DNA from: Patescibacteria group bacterium
GTDB lineage: Bacteria > Patescibacteriota > Minisyncoccia > Phycocordibacterales > Phycocordibacteraceae
Direction: 5' to 3'
Length of the DNA: 62,068 nt
NCBI GenBank assembly: GCA_029260935.1
Contig: JAJDCJ010000015.1
Span: 1 to 62,068, forward strand
Within the stretch, counting starts at the first letter, position 1. Each line of letters opens with the position of its first letter. A program made the translations under genes and the position numbers. The notes beneath the pieces were generated by a model. That model was not told the DNA's origin. It saw only the letters and a program-made list of their open reading frames with translations, and ran no database searches. Shown here in pieces: positions 52,588-62,068 of this stretch.

Positions 52588-53949
52588 TTATAGATATGAC
52601 AAAGGGTTCAGATATGCCTTTGTTGGGGCCACTGGTATATAGGCATTGGCACAGTTGGTTCTAGTTTTGATGTCACCAAGACGGACAATTTTAACGGCAT
52701 CTGCTGCAAAAACCGTAAAATGCAGGTGTGGACCAGTTGAAAATCCTGTATTTCCTGAATAACCTACGAGAGAACCTGTGGCGACTGGTTCCCCTTTAGA
52801 TACACTAATATGTGAAAGGTGCGCATATAAAGATGATAAACCATTAGTGTGCTTTACCAAGGCCCATTTACCGTAGCTGTAGCATCCACGTATCTTATCA
52901 GTGTTACCGGTTGCCTCCACAATACCTGAGAGTGCAGAAACTACCTTAGTGCCTTCAGGGGCGCCAAAATCAATGCCGTTGTGACCTTTTCCGTTATAAG
53001 CACCACCTCGGGCAAACGCCGTGTTACCAAAAGACTGAGTAAGACAATAAAGGTTCCCAAAAGTAGCTTTCCTATCCCCACAACGGCTAATAAAGCTTGG
53101 ATCAAGTGGAAATGTTAAAACACCGCTACCGGTTGCCGGTAGTGTGGATGGGTCAAGGGTAAACACAAGTTGTGCCTCAAAATCACGCAGCTCAGATTCT
53201 AACTGTTCGCGCGCTTCCCTTTTTTCTCGTATTAATTTTTGAAATTCTGTTTCTTTTTGTTTTGTTACAGAAAGAACACTGGATTGTTTCTTTTTATTTT
53301 GATCAAGAATTGTCTTTTGTCCGGAAAGTTCTCGTTTAAAAGAAACCAGCTGTCCTTGTTTTTTTGCAACGGACTTGTAGTTTTCTTCTAATGACTCTTT
53401 CACTGTCTCAAGTTGTATAACTTCTTCAGTCAATACTTCCTGCACTTTTCTTAGTTGATCTGCATCTTCCCACGCTAAAGAAAATGAACTCCCTGCAAGA
53501 AAATGTTCAACGATAGTGATGTCATCAATACGTGAAATAAGTCGGAGTGATTTTTGTATTGCTTTATTACTCTCATCAATACGCTGTATATTTTTATCAA
53601 TTCTTCCATCAAGCTCTTCAAGCTGTAAACCAGCTGTTGCAATACGGTTTACAGTAACGGCAATATCCGTTGCTATTTTCTTTCGTGATATGTCCAAACG
53701 GGCAATTTCAGCTTCTAACGTCTTACGATCCGCACCTACTTTCAGCAAATCTGCTTCAAAACGAGCAATTTCAGACTCCAAATCCTGTAGTTGTTGGTTT
53801 CTTTCAGTTATTTTTGCCTGCAGTTGAGAGACGATATCTGCATTAGCTGGTGTAACACTTAAGGCAAGTGCCAAAAGCACAAAAAAGGCACCAAGGATAA
53901 CCTCAGGGAAGTTTAGAGATTGCAGTTTGAATACGCGAAATAACTTCAT
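52588..53949 (-). CDS. M23 peptidase with long N-terminal coiled coil (EnvC-like murein hydrolase/activator)
   Basis: Signal/TM, ~230-aa coiled coil, HNGIDFG, YAHLS, GNTGFSTGPHLHF. Confidence 0.85.
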   Translation of the reverse strand: MKLFRVFKLQSLNFPEVILGAFFVLLALALSVTPANADIVSQLQAKITERNQQLQDLESEIARFEADLLKVGADRKTLEAEIARLDISRKKIATDIAVTVNRIATAGLQLEELDGRIDKNIQRIDESNKAIQKSLRLISRIDDITIVEHFLAGSSFSLAWEDADQLRKVQEVLTEEVIQLETVKESLEENYKSVAKKQGQLVSFKRELSGQKTILDQNKKKQSSVLSVTKQKETEFQKLIREKREAREQLESELRDFEAQLVFTLDPSTLPATGSGVLTFPLDPSFISRCGDRKATFGNLYCLTQSFGNTAFARGGAYNGKGHNGIDFGAPEGTKVVSALSGIVEATGNTDKIRGCYSYGKWALVKHTNGLSSLYAHLSHISVSKGEPVATGSLVGYSGNTGFSTGPHLHFTVFAADAVKIVRLGDIKTRTNCANAYIPVAPTKAYLNPLSYL

Positions 53950-55246
53950 CTTTACCTAGTATACCAGCAACTTCAAACGGGTCTGGTGATTTTTCTCGTC
54001 CGGTGAGTGCAAATCGTAGTGGCCATAATACGTCTCCACGCCCCTCTTTCTCAGCGTATTGCCATATCCCCTCTTTTATGGTGTTATATGTCCAATTATT
54101 TTCAGGTACAGCAGATAAGTATTCAGCGGTTTTTTCTAAATGTTTTTTTGTTTGTGCTTCGTCTGGATTTTTATGCCAGAGAAGTCCTTCTTTTTTATAT
54201 TCAGGATGGAAAACAAAATACCCTAACTCCCCTTCCCTTTCCATTTCTTCAAGTTCATGAAATATTCCAATACGTTCGCGTATAACAGGAAGGACTTGGT
54301 CAAAACGTCCAGACTTCTCTAGTGCTTCGCCAAATCCAGCGCTGATATGTTTTTTAACTTCTTCTTTAAAGGTTTCGTCCGGTATCAGGTGAAGGTGTTC
54401 TTTATTAAACCAATGTAGTTTCGTCTCATCATATATAGCACCTGACTTCTGCACCTGACTTAAATCAAAACGTTCAATGAGTTGTTCTTTGCTAAACAAC
54501 TCTTCGTCAGTTCCGGGATGCCATCCCAACATTGAAAGATAATTTAAAATCGCCTCTGGTAAATATCCAAGGTCGCGATATTCAAGTAGCGCACGGGCGC
54601 CCTTTCTTTTTGAAAGTTTTGAACGATCAGGGGCAAGCACGAGTGGCAAATGCACATACTTTGGAAGATGCGCACCGAGCGCTTGGTAAATGAGCATTTG
54701 ACGTGGTGTATTTGAAATATGATCTTCTCCACGAATGACATGTGTTACTCCTTGTAAAGAATCATCAACAACATTTGCTAAGTGAAACACGGGCTCAGTA
54801 AAACTTTTTCCAATCACGAAATCTCCTAAGTCGGTTGTATCAACGGTTATGTCACCGCGTACAATGTCAGTGAATGTTATCTCTTTATTAGGGTTTCTAA
54901 AACGAATGATTTCCTTATCTTCTCCGTCTCTATTTTTTTCTTTTGAAACATAGGCACTGTCACGACTTACAAAATCACGGAGCACACGTTCATGGTCCTC
55001 CACCCACTCACTTTGGCGGTGCATTGAATCATATTCCAAACCAAGCCACACAAGAGACTCAATAATATTATCTTCATATTTTTTCTCGGATCGTGTTTTG
55101 TCGGTGTCTTCAATACGTAATACAAAAGTGCCGTTAGTGTGACGCGCGAAAAGATACGCAAAAACTGCCGTGCGGTAGTTTCCGGCGTGTAAAAACCCCG
55201 TTGGGCTTGGCGCAAAGCGTGTTACATATTGCATTGTGTTATGCAT
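53903..55246 (-). CDS. gltX: Glutamyl-tRNA synthetase
   Basis: RFAPSPTGFLHAGN (HIGH) and KLSKRKG (KMSKS). Confidence 0.9.
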   Translation of the reverse strand: MHNTMQYVTRFAPSPTGFLHAGNYRTAVFAYLFARHTNGTFVLRIEDTDKTRSEKKYEDNIIESLVWLGLEYDSMHRQSEWVEDHERVLRDFVSRDSAYVSKEKNRDGEDKEIIRFRNPNKEITFTDIVRGDITVDTTDLGDFVIGKSFTEPVFHLANVVDDSLQGVTHVIRGEDHISNTPRQMLIYQALGAHLPKYVHLPLVLAPDRSKLSKRKGARALLEYRDLGYLPEAILNYLSMLGWHPGTDEELFSKEQLIERFDLSQVQKSGAIYDETKLHWFNKEHLHLIPDETFKEEVKKHISAGFGEALEKSGRFDQVLPVIRERIGIFHELEEMEREGELGYFVFHPEYKKEGLLWHKNPDEAQTKKHLEKTAEYLSAVPENNWTYNTIKEGIWQYAEKEGRGDVLWPLRFALTGREKSPDPFEVAGILGKDEVISRIQTAISKLP

Positions 55247-55303
55247 AGTGTCTGTAATAATACCTTAAAATATGACGTAAATGGAATTTTTTAATAGTGC
55301 GGT

Positions 55304-56443
55304 TTATGTTTCGTGCGCGAGCGCCATATCAAGAAGAGCTTCAGCCACCACGTGCGCTGCGTCTGGTTTTGCAAATGTACGTGCCGCTTCAGCCATATCA
55401 TTTCGTGCCTTCGGATTGGTAAAGAGTCGTTTAATTTCAGCTAAAAGAAGGTGTGGCGTAAAGTTATTCTGATCTATCACTATTGAAGCTCCTGCGTGTG
55501 CGTATGCAAAGGCGTTGAGTCTCTGGTCACGGCTTACATTTTCAGGAATCGGAACAAGAATTGATGCTTTGCCCCAGGATGCAATCTCTGCAATGTTTCC
55601 TGAACCGGCTCTGCTTACCACTAAGTCGGCAACACCAGCCGACATTTTTGTAGCCAATGGAGAAAGAAAGTCAAATGCTTTATAGCGAAACCGCTTTTCG
55701 TTTTTTTCTAAAATTACCCGCGCGGTCTCTTTCACCAATTCAAAGTTTTTTTGACCAGTTTGATGTATTACTTGGTAGTCAGCAACCAGTTCAGAAAGTG
55801 CAGAAAGCACTACATCGTTGATTTTTTCAGAACCAGATGACCCACCGAGGATAAGTACTGTCGGTATATTTGTCTCTAACTCAAGAAAAGCATGCGCCCC
55901 ATCAGTGGCCGGTGTCCGCACATCTCGGCGAATAGGATTTCCAGTGAGGGCAATACGTGATTTTATTTTTTCGGGGAAATATTCCAAGGCGCCTTCGTAC
56001 GATAGCGCTATTTTTTTTGCATACGGGGCGGCCATTAATGTGGCCCGACCCGGAATAGCATCAGAGTCATGGATAAGGATGGGGATTTTTAGAAAACGCG
56101 CAGCAATCAGTGTTGGCACTGAACCATACCCCCCTTTTGAAAATACGACATCTGGGTACACTTGGTAGAGTTTGAACATTGTACCAAGAATACCAAAAAA
56201 TGTTTTGAAGACATCAAAGAAGTTTTGTATGGAAAAATAGCGTCGCATCTTCCCTGCCGGTGTCTTTATAAAACTAATATTGTTTTCAAACAGTAGACGT
56301 TCGTCATACGGGGCGGGTCCAAAAAAATATAACTCCGGTTCAAGGATTTTCTTCTCTTTTATTAAATCCTTCAACTCTTCGGCAACGGCAATAATTGGGT
56401 AGAAGTGCCCGCCTGTTCCTCCTCCAGTAAAAACAATTTTCAT
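55304..56443 (-). CDS. murG: Lipid II synthase MurG
   Basis: KIVFTGGGTGGHFYP, C-terminal GGSSGS..IN and SRAGSG.IAE. Confidence 0.9.
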   Translation of the reverse strand: MKIVFTGGGTGGHFYPIIAVAEELKDLIKEKKILEPELYFFGPAPYDERLLFENNISFIKTPAGKMRRYFSIQNFFDVFKTFFGILGTMFKLYQVYPDVVFSKGGYGSVPTLIAARFLKIPILIHDSDAIPGRATLMAAPYAKKIALSYEGALEYFPEKIKSRIALTGNPIRRDVRTPATDGAHAFLELETNIPTVLILGGSSGSEKINDVVLSALSELVADYQVIHQTGQKNFELVKETARVILEKNEKRFRYKAFDFLSPLATKMSAGVADLVVSRAGSGNIAEIASWGKASILVPIPENVSRDQRLNAFAYAHAGASIVIDQNNFTPHLLLAEIKRLFTNPKARNDMAEAARTFAKPDAAHVVAEALLDMALAHET

Positions 56444-56446
56444 AGT

Positions 56447-57550
56447 TTATTTAGTTTTTGCAAATCGCGAAATATTTAAGAGAATACCCACTGATGCTAG
56501 TGCCATAAATAGCGCAGTCCCTCCGTGGCTTATAAAAATAAGCGGGAGGCCAGTTAATGGAAAAACAGCAAGCATTGAGCCAATGTTTAAAAACGACTGA
56601 ACCAAAATCAGTATAGCAATACCAACCGCTACCAGTCCACTAAACATATCCGGGGCACGAGAGGCAATAGAAAGACTTTTCAGCGCCAAAACAAGGAATC
56701 CAAAAATTAAGATTACCCCCCCTATAAAGCCAAACTCCTCTGCAAAAACCGCAAAGATTGAATCTGATGTCGGCTCTGGTAAATGGGTAAACTTCTGGAT
56801 ACTTTGCCCAAAGCCACGGCCAAAAATCTGCCCTGAACCGACAGCAATCAGTGACTGTCTCACTTGAAAACTTGAACCGAGTGGGTCAGACGTTGGGTTG
56901 ATAAATGTTTTGACACGGTCAAATGCATAATCGCGAGAGAAGATTAATCCACTCAGTCCAATTACCCCAATTAAAAACAGTACTGCGATATCTTTAAACT
57001 TGGCGCCAGAGGCAAAATAAAGTGCACCGCCCGTCATTGCGATAACAAGAAATGTTCCTGTGTCAGGTTGTATTAACAATAGGAGAGCAACTATTCCTGT
57101 AGTAAATAAAAATGGGCCAACCCTTTGCAGAAAAGGTAATTTTTTTGAACGTCTTTTTGAAAGCCAGGAGGCAAGGTACAAGACATAGGCAATTTTCAGT
57201 AACTCAGAAGGTTGAAATGTAGTGACACCTAAGTCAAGCCATCGTCGGGCACCATTCAACTCAAGACCAACGCCCGGTACAAACACTAACAGCGTTGCAA
57301 TACTCGCAAGAATAAAAATATACAACGAATACTGCCGCCAGAAACGGTACGGAATATGACTCGTTACATAGAGTGCGATAAATCCCCCCACAATACCTAA
57401 TACAAATTGAGATGTTGCGATATCTGAAAACTGATACCCTTCGCGCGCCAATAATCCCAGTGACGCAGAAATAAATATAAGAAAACCCCCTATAACAAGT
57501 GTAACTACCGAGAAAAATATAGTTGCGTCAAATGGTTTTTTTCTATACAT
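56447..57550 (-). CDS. ftsW: SEDS-family glycosyltransferase FtsW/RodA
   Basis: 10-TM protein, RRWL.LG...FQPSELLK, P...DSIFAV..EE.GF.G. Confidence 0.88.
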   Translation of the reverse strand: MYRKKPFDATIFFSVVTLVIGGFLIFISASLGLLAREGYQFSDIATSQFVLGIVGGFIALYVTSHIPYRFWRQYSLYIFILASIATLLVFVPGVGLELNGARRWLDLGVTTFQPSELLKIAYVLYLASWLSKRRSKKLPFLQRVGPFLFTTGIVALLLLIQPDTGTFLVIAMTGGALYFASGAKFKDIAVLFLIGVIGLSGLIFSRDYAFDRVKTFINPTSDPLGSSFQVRQSLIAVGSGQIFGRGFGQSIQKFTHLPEPTSDSIFAVFAEEFGFIGGVILIFGFLVLALKSLSIASRAPDMFSGLVAVGIAILILVQSFLNIGSMLAVFPLTGLPLIFISHGGTALFMALASVGILLNISRFAKTK

Positions 57551-57574
57551 CTCTTCAATAGTACATGAAATATG

Positions 57575-58267
57575 TTACGCTCCCCTCTTTTTCATGTAGA
57601 GAACCCAGTAATTTCTTTTATAGACACGTCCGCTCAGACGCGAATAGTTGGTCTTTTTTTTGATTTTCTCAATAATAAAATAGGGTGCGTAAAGCGCTGT
57701 AATGTCTTTTTCAGTAAACACCCTCTCGTATAGTGAAAGTTCTGGCATCACATAGGTGTCTTTTTCTTTCCCCGGCGACGTTTTAAGAAGGGTCTGTGCG
57801 TTTTTGTCGCCGTCTTTTGACAGCGCTTTTACAAAAAATAAACCATCATTTTTTAGCACTCTGTATGTTTCTTTTATGTACATATCCCGCTCATTTTCTG
57901 TCAATGAGTTTGAGGAAACCACATCCAGTGCAACATCAAAATAATCGTCTTCAAATGGGTATATTGTGCCTATGTCGTGTGGATAGTATAGTGCGGGTAA
58001 TTCATGCTCTGAAGCCCTTTTTTGAGCCTCTAAGACTGCATTGTGGGCTATTTCAAGCCCTTTAACAGTGCTTCCGAGGGAAGCAAAGTAGTTACCATTC
58101 TTCCCTACCCCACTTCCCAAATCTAGGACTGTAAGGTCGTTAAAATTAAGCTTCTTTTCCTTTCTTAGGTAGCGTCCGTAGTCGCGGGTATCTCGCGAAG
58201 GTACGGCTCCCCCTGTTACCAAACTTCTTTTTGCCCACTCATTTTCCCAGACTTGTTTTTGTGCCAT
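57575..58267 (-). CDS. Class I SAM-dependent methyltransferase
   Basis: Motif I VLDLGSGVGKNG, post-I LEI, motif II FDVALDV. Confidence 0.75.
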   Translation of the reverse strand: MAQKQVWENEWAKRSLVTGGAVPSRDTRDYGRYLRKEKKLNFNDLTVLDLGSGVGKNGNYFASLGSTVKGLEIAHNAVLEAQKRASEHELPALYYPHDIGTIYPFEDDYFDVALDVVSSNSLTENERDMYIKETYRVLKNDGLFFVKALSKDGDKNAQTLLKTSPGKEKDTYVMPELSLYERVFTEKDITALYAPYFIIEKIKKKTNYSRLSGRVYKRNYWVLYMKKRGA

Positions 58268-58284
58268 TTTCTATAAGGTCGTCC

Positions 58285-59355
58285 CTAACCAAGAAGAGCA
58301 AAAACGACTCCGACAAACGAAAGCACCGCCGTGATAACCCAATACCGCATGGTTACTTTATAACTTGGCCATCCAATTGCCTCAAAGTGGTGGTGAAGTG
58401 GCGCGACACGAAGTAGCTTTTTACCTCTAAACTTCTTAGAACTAATTTGTGCAATATTTGAAAGAACCGTTGCCGAAAGTGGGAGTGCAATAATACCGAG
58501 TGTTAAAAAACCATGACCGTCACCCAATGTGTCAGTCATGAAAGCAACAACAGTCAGCGTCATAGTGAGCGCCATAGTGCCGGTTTCCGTCATCCAGAAG
58601 CGCGCAGGAGGAATGTTAAACCACAGAAACGCTAATATACCTCCTGCTATTGTTGCGGAAAATGCAGCAAGGTCTATTTGGTTTTGGAAAAACGCGATAC
58701 TAGCGTACGCTCCAAAAATGAGTGCAAAAACACCGCCTGCCAACCCGTCAATGCCGTCAATTACTCCTGAAGCATAGAAAAAAAGTGAGACCAGAACAAA
58801 CAAAGGAACAATAAGCCATCCTATTTCAAGCGGTGCATGAAAAGGAATACCAATTGAAGTGACGTCTAGTTTGTCAAAAAACCACCATCCAGCAAACAGC
58901 GAAACTGTACCGACTATAATAAGTCTCGTACGAAGAGAAATACCACGTGCCGTTTCTGTAGTGACATCCAACAAGTCATTTATAAAACCAACCGAAGCAC
59001 CAATAAGGAGCGCCACTAAAGGAAGCCATGTTTGATTACGTGAAATAATATTTAACTCGTCAAGGAATGTATTATCAGTCAGACTAGCAACGATGCCAAA
59101 AATAAAAACGGTTGCAACCACACTCCCCCATATCACAATGCCACCCATGCGTGGGGTCTTTGTTTCGTTTTCGCTATGCAGTTTATTAAATTCTTCAGCT
59201 TGGCTACCGTCTAGTGCTTTTTTTCCACCGGACTTTTTCCATATTTTATGTGCGTAGAGGTAGTGGGTCAGGAGTGGTGTCCCTATGATCCCTATAGTAA
59301 AAGCAAAAATTGCCGGGAGAAAAACTTTGATAACGTCAATTATAAGAACATCCAT
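58285..59355 (-). CDS. mraY: Phospho-N-acetylmuramoyl-pentapeptide transferase
   Basis: K..TP.MGG, NDLLD-like FINDLLD, DGIDGLAGG, APLHHHFE. Confidence 0.9.
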   Translation of the reverse strand: MDVLIIDVIKVFLPAIFAFTIGIIGTPLLTHYLYAHKIWKKSGGKKALDGSQAEEFNKLHSENETKTPRMGGIVIWGSVVATVFIFGIVASLTDNTFLDELNIISRNQTWLPLVALLIGASVGFINDLLDVTTETARGISLRTRLIIVGTVSLFAGWWFFDKLDVTSIGIPFHAPLEIGWLIVPLFVLVSLFFYASGVIDGIDGLAGGVFALIFGAYASIAFFQNQIDLAAFSATIAGGILAFLWFNIPPARFWMTETGTMALTMTLTVVAFMTDTLGDGHGFLTLGIIALPLSATVLSNIAQISSKKFRGKKLLRVAPLHHHFEAIGWPSYKVTMRYWVITAVLSFVGVVFALLG

Positions 59356-59367
59356 GGTCTGTGCTTT

Positions 59368-60315
59368 TTATTGGTTAATGCGAGTATTAGTACAGAGTGT
59401 ATCACGCTTGATATTGTTTTGAACAAACCTAAACAGGGTTGTGAGGTCTTTGTCCCTCCCCTCCTTTCCTGAGGCAAGTACCACGAGTGCTACAGGATGT
59501 CCCACGATTGGCTCTGCAATAACAGCTAAATTACCACCTGCTAGGTCAGTGAATCCAGTCTTTGCCAGTATCCAACCGGGAAGCTCTCCAGAAATAGCGC
59601 TCGTATGGATAGCATCATAAAACTTTCCTGATACAGAGGTGATTGTTTTTTTAGGAATATTTGATGCGCTAAAAGTATCGCGATCTCTCTCGTATACCTC
59701 AACCAAAAGATGAGCAAAATCCCGCGCTGAACCATATGCACCAGCTGTTTTTTCACTCACATCAAGACCGGTATCATTTAGAAAATATGTCTGACGTAAA
59801 TTAAGCTGACCTGCAAGTGTGTTCATTCTTTGAACAAAAGTATCAAACGGCTCCCCTTTTGAGTTAGTGGTGGCAAGCGCAAGCGCGTGGGCACCATCGT
59901 TTGATGACGTAATAAGTGTAAAGTCTATTAAGTCTTGTACTTTCCACAGCTCACCGACTGTAAAACCTGAGTCTCCTTCAGGGGTGAGTGCCTCCGGTGT
60001 AATGGTAATAAATTCATTAGGGTTAAGTACGCGGGACGCAATCAACACGGTCATTATTTTTGTTAAAGATGCCAAAGGAACTTGTGCTGTTTCATTTTTT
60101 TGATACAGAACACGTCCTTTATTTAGGTCAAACACATACGCCGCCTTTGCCTCAATGCGAGGCAACGGTGCAGAACATGCAGCACTGGCGACAAGACCAT
60201 TAGTTGGAGTTTCTATGTGGAGTGTAATCAGTTGGTTAACATAAAACCCCATACCAATAACAAAAACGACAAAAACACCTATACCAGCGCCAATATAACT
60301 ATTCATGTTCTTCAT
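59368..60315 (-). CDS. D-alanyl-D-alanine carboxypeptidase (S11, PBP5-like)
   Basis: SLTK (SxxK), SSND (SxN), KTGFT (KTG). An internal start (60315 or 60306) avoids a long overlap with scpB. Confidence 0.8.
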   Translation of the reverse strand: MKNMNSYIGAGIGVFVVFVIGMGFYVNQLITLHIETPTNGLVASAACSAPLPRIEAKAAYVFDLNKGRVLYQKNETAQVPLASLTKIMTVLIASRVLNPNEFITITPEALTPEGDSGFTVGELWKVQDLIDFTLITSSNDGAHALALATTNSKGEPFDTFVQRMNTLAGQLNLRQTYFLNDTGLDVSEKTAGAYGSARDFAHLLVEVYERDRDTFSASNIPKKTITSVSGKFYDAIHTSAISGELPGWILAKTGFTDLAGGNLAVIAEPIVGHPVALVVLASGKEGRDKDLTTLFRFVQNNIKRDTLCTNTRINQ

Positions 60316-60847
60316 TTGTTTCTTGTTCATCAAGCACTTTTTGCACATCTGCTTTGATCTGTTCAAACTCAGGAGCGTCACGTAATGTGGAAAGCCCAAG
60401 TGATGCAGGAAGCTCTGGTGTGCCTTGATAAAGAAAACTTCTTTTATCTTTTGGGTGTGGTGTTTTTTCAACAAGCCCACGGATAAGGAGCGTACGTAAA
60501 ATAGATGATGAGTTTACACCGCGGATATATTCAATATCGCTTTTTGAAAGTGGTCCGTGGTAGATAATAATTGCCAGAGTTTCAAGACCAGCTTTACCTA
60601 ACGGGCCGTCTAACTCTTCTCGTCTCATACCTTCAATGATCTCGTGTGTTTCAGGAGCTGTTGCCAGTCCAACGTAACCATTCTCCTGTACTACACGAAT
60701 ACCTCTTTGCAAAAGGGAGTCAGAAAGCGCCATAATATGCACAGCAAGATCCCCTTCTTTTATAGTGAGAATGTTGGCAAGTGTACTGAGTCGCATTGGT
60801 TCGCCATGATAAAACAGAATTGCTTCAATTTTTTTTTCATTATCCAT
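60299..60847 (-). CDS. scpB: Segregation and condensation protein B
   Basis: KIEAILFYHGEPM..., two winged-helix repeats. ATG 60847 follows the scpA stop at 60852. Confidence 0.85.
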   Translation of the reverse strand: MDNEKKIEAILFYHGEPMRLSTLANILTIKEGDLAVHIMALSDSLLQRGIRVVQENGYVGLATAPETHEIIEGMRREELDGPLGKAGLETLAIIIYHGPLSKSDIEYIRGVNSSSILRTLLIRGLVEKTPHPKDKRSFLYQGTPELPASLGLSTLRDAPEFEQIKADVQKVLDEQETNEEHE

Positions 60848-60851
60848 ACAC

Positions 60852-61580
60852 TTAATCGTATCGTGGTGCACGAGGCGCCCCTGCATAGTGTAACGTAATA
60901 TCTGAAAAACGCCCCTCTTGCTCTACTAAAAGAGTTCCTCGCTTTACCAACTCAAGTACAGCTAAAAAGCCAACAACAATTTCCCGTGTATCCTCAGGAC
61001 TTCCAACAAAGTCTTTAAAAGTAGTTGAGAGTGCCTGTTCAAGACGAGACGCAAGGTTGCCCATCATTTCATCAAGTGAAATTACTGACTTGATTGAAAC
61101 TTCGCGTTTCTTTTCTTGTTGTGGCGCACGCATCAGAACAGCAGTTATTGCCTCTTGTATACTTTCCACACCCAAGTCAGGGCTTGGTGAAAACAGGGGT
61201 GAGATGTCACGTTTTAATCCGCCGAAAAATAAACGTCGGTCAAGTTGTCCTAAGGTACGTCCGGCATTTCTGAATATCTTGTATAAACTCAAACGTTTTT
61301 CTAAGTCAGAAATATTTTCTTCTTCCTCTTCCGTCAAAGAGAGCACAGGGAGGAGTGAACGTGACTTGAGCAAAAGAAGCGTTGCCGCAATCAGTATAAA
61401 ATGAGCGGCTTGTCCTGCTGGAAACGAGTCGTGACTCTTTACAAAAGCAACAAAATCATCCGCTACTTTTGAAAGCGACACATCAGACACCAGCATCTTA
61501 CGCTCCTCAATCAATGTCAAAAGCAGGTCCAAAGGACCTGAAAACTCACCCATATTCACTTGAAATTGCCCACTACTCAT
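60852..61580 (-). CDS. scpA: Segregation and condensation protein A
   Basis: F.GPLDLLL.LI...K....DV.L..V.D.F. Confidence 0.85.
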   Translation of the reverse strand: MSSGQFQVNMGEFSGPLDLLLTLIEERKMLVSDVSLSKVADDFVAFVKSHDSFPAGQAAHFILIAATLLLLKSRSLLPVLSLTEEEEENISDLEKRLSLYKIFRNAGRTLGQLDRRLFFGGLKRDISPLFSPSPDLGVESIQEAITAVLMRAPQQEKKREVSIKSVISLDEMMGNLASRLEQALSTTFKDFVGSPEDTREIVVGFLAVLELVKRGTLLVEQEGRFSDITLHYAGAPRAPRYD

Positions 61581-61633
61581 TGCCCATAGTATATCATTGA
61601 CTACATTATATTTTTATGAAGAAGCGGTCCTTG

Positions 61634-62068
61634 TTACTTCTTTTTCTTCTTAATTTCCAAATTCAACTCATTAAGCTGTTCCTTACTTAATTCTTTTGGC
61701 GCATTCATAACAGCAGTTTGACCACTGCGAGTCATAGGGAAAGCTTGTACTTCTCTTAAAAATCCTTCATTGGCAAGGTTCATAATATTCCGCTCAATAC
61801 CGAGGGCGATACCACCGTGTGGCGGGGTTCCATAATTAAATGCTTGAAGCATATGTCCCACTTTCTCTTCAATTTCTTCATCCGAGTGACCCATTATCTT
61901 GTATGTCGCTTTAAGTATTTCAGATTTATGAGCACGAATAGAGCCTCCACCTGTTTCAAAGCCGTTGCAGACGAGGTCATATTGTGTTGTTAAAATTTGG
62001 TCAATATTCTTACCTTTAAGGAGCCAGTCTACATGTTCCGGGAGTGGCATTGAAAACGGGTTATGACT
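61634..62068 (-). CDS. aspS: Aspartyl-tRNA synthetase, C-terminal part (5' end outside window)
   Basis: Class II motif 3 region GGGSIR.H, PPHGGIALGIERNIM. The ORF is open to the window edge. Confidence 0.8.
   Translation of the reverse strand, partial: SHNPFSMPLPEHVDWLLKGKNIDQILTTQYDLVCNGFETGGGSIRAHKSEILKATYKIMGHSDEEIEEKVGHMLQAFNYGTPPHGGIALGIERNIMNLANEGFLREVQAFPMTRSGQTAVMNAPKELSKEQLNELNLEIKKKKK

Noticed and set aside
1-62068. Alternative genetic code (for example UGA as a sense codon, as in some CPR lineages)
   Set aside because: All conserved genes are full length with standard stops, and several well-supported genes end in TGA. There is no sign of in-frame TGA within conserved domains.

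Overview
This 62-kb window reads like a streamlined bacterial chromosome segment. It is probably a CPR/Patescibacteria (Parcubacteria-like) organism using the standard code, with TGA/TAA/TAG all serving as stops. That taxonomic call is an inference from gene content and was not searched. The housekeeping backbone covers three areas. (1) Translation: fmt, def, hpf, frr, rplU, rplI, rpmA, proS, a class-I lysyl-tRNA synthetase, gltX and a partial aspS. (2) Replication and recombination: priA, dnaB, recR, rmuC, a holB-like gene and scpAB. (3) A rich cell-envelope set: murA, two mreB paralogs, mreC/mreD/PBP2, and mraZ-rsmH-ftsL-ftsI-murF on the + strand. It also includes mraY-methyltransferase-ftsW-murG on the - strand about 25 kb away, plus a Dac-type carboxypeptidase, an M23 peptidase, an SLT-like lysozyme and a Ctp protease. 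The accessory or unusual content falls into four groups. (a) At 0-6.2 kb there is a repeat-bounded region. A perfect inverted repeat of at least 117 bp brackets an AT-rich cassette of seven tiny membrane proteins and a GC-rich noncoding block. It is followed directly by a large serine recombinase plus a HEPN/Abi-like gene, bracketed by a second, perfect 93-bp inverted repeat. That second repeat butts against a tRNA gene interrupted by a 223-nt group I intron. (b) A 23-nt palindromic REP-like element occurs six times. A RAYT-type HUH transposase is flanked by two copies and carries a third in frame inside its own ORF. (c) At 30.4-36.7 kb there is an island of four secreted or anchored surface proteins. 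Two of them share a C-terminal module ending in the identical free C-terminus PSFEEI. Downstream lie tRNA-Glu with att-like scars, a type IV pilin, and a string of micro-ORFs below the 60-aa track cutoff, two of them Cys-rich. (d) Many genes have a TATAAT-like box only 6-11 nt upstream of the start codon, which suggests leaderless mRNAs. All repeats were checked by eye on the printed sequence. No database search or folding program was available.
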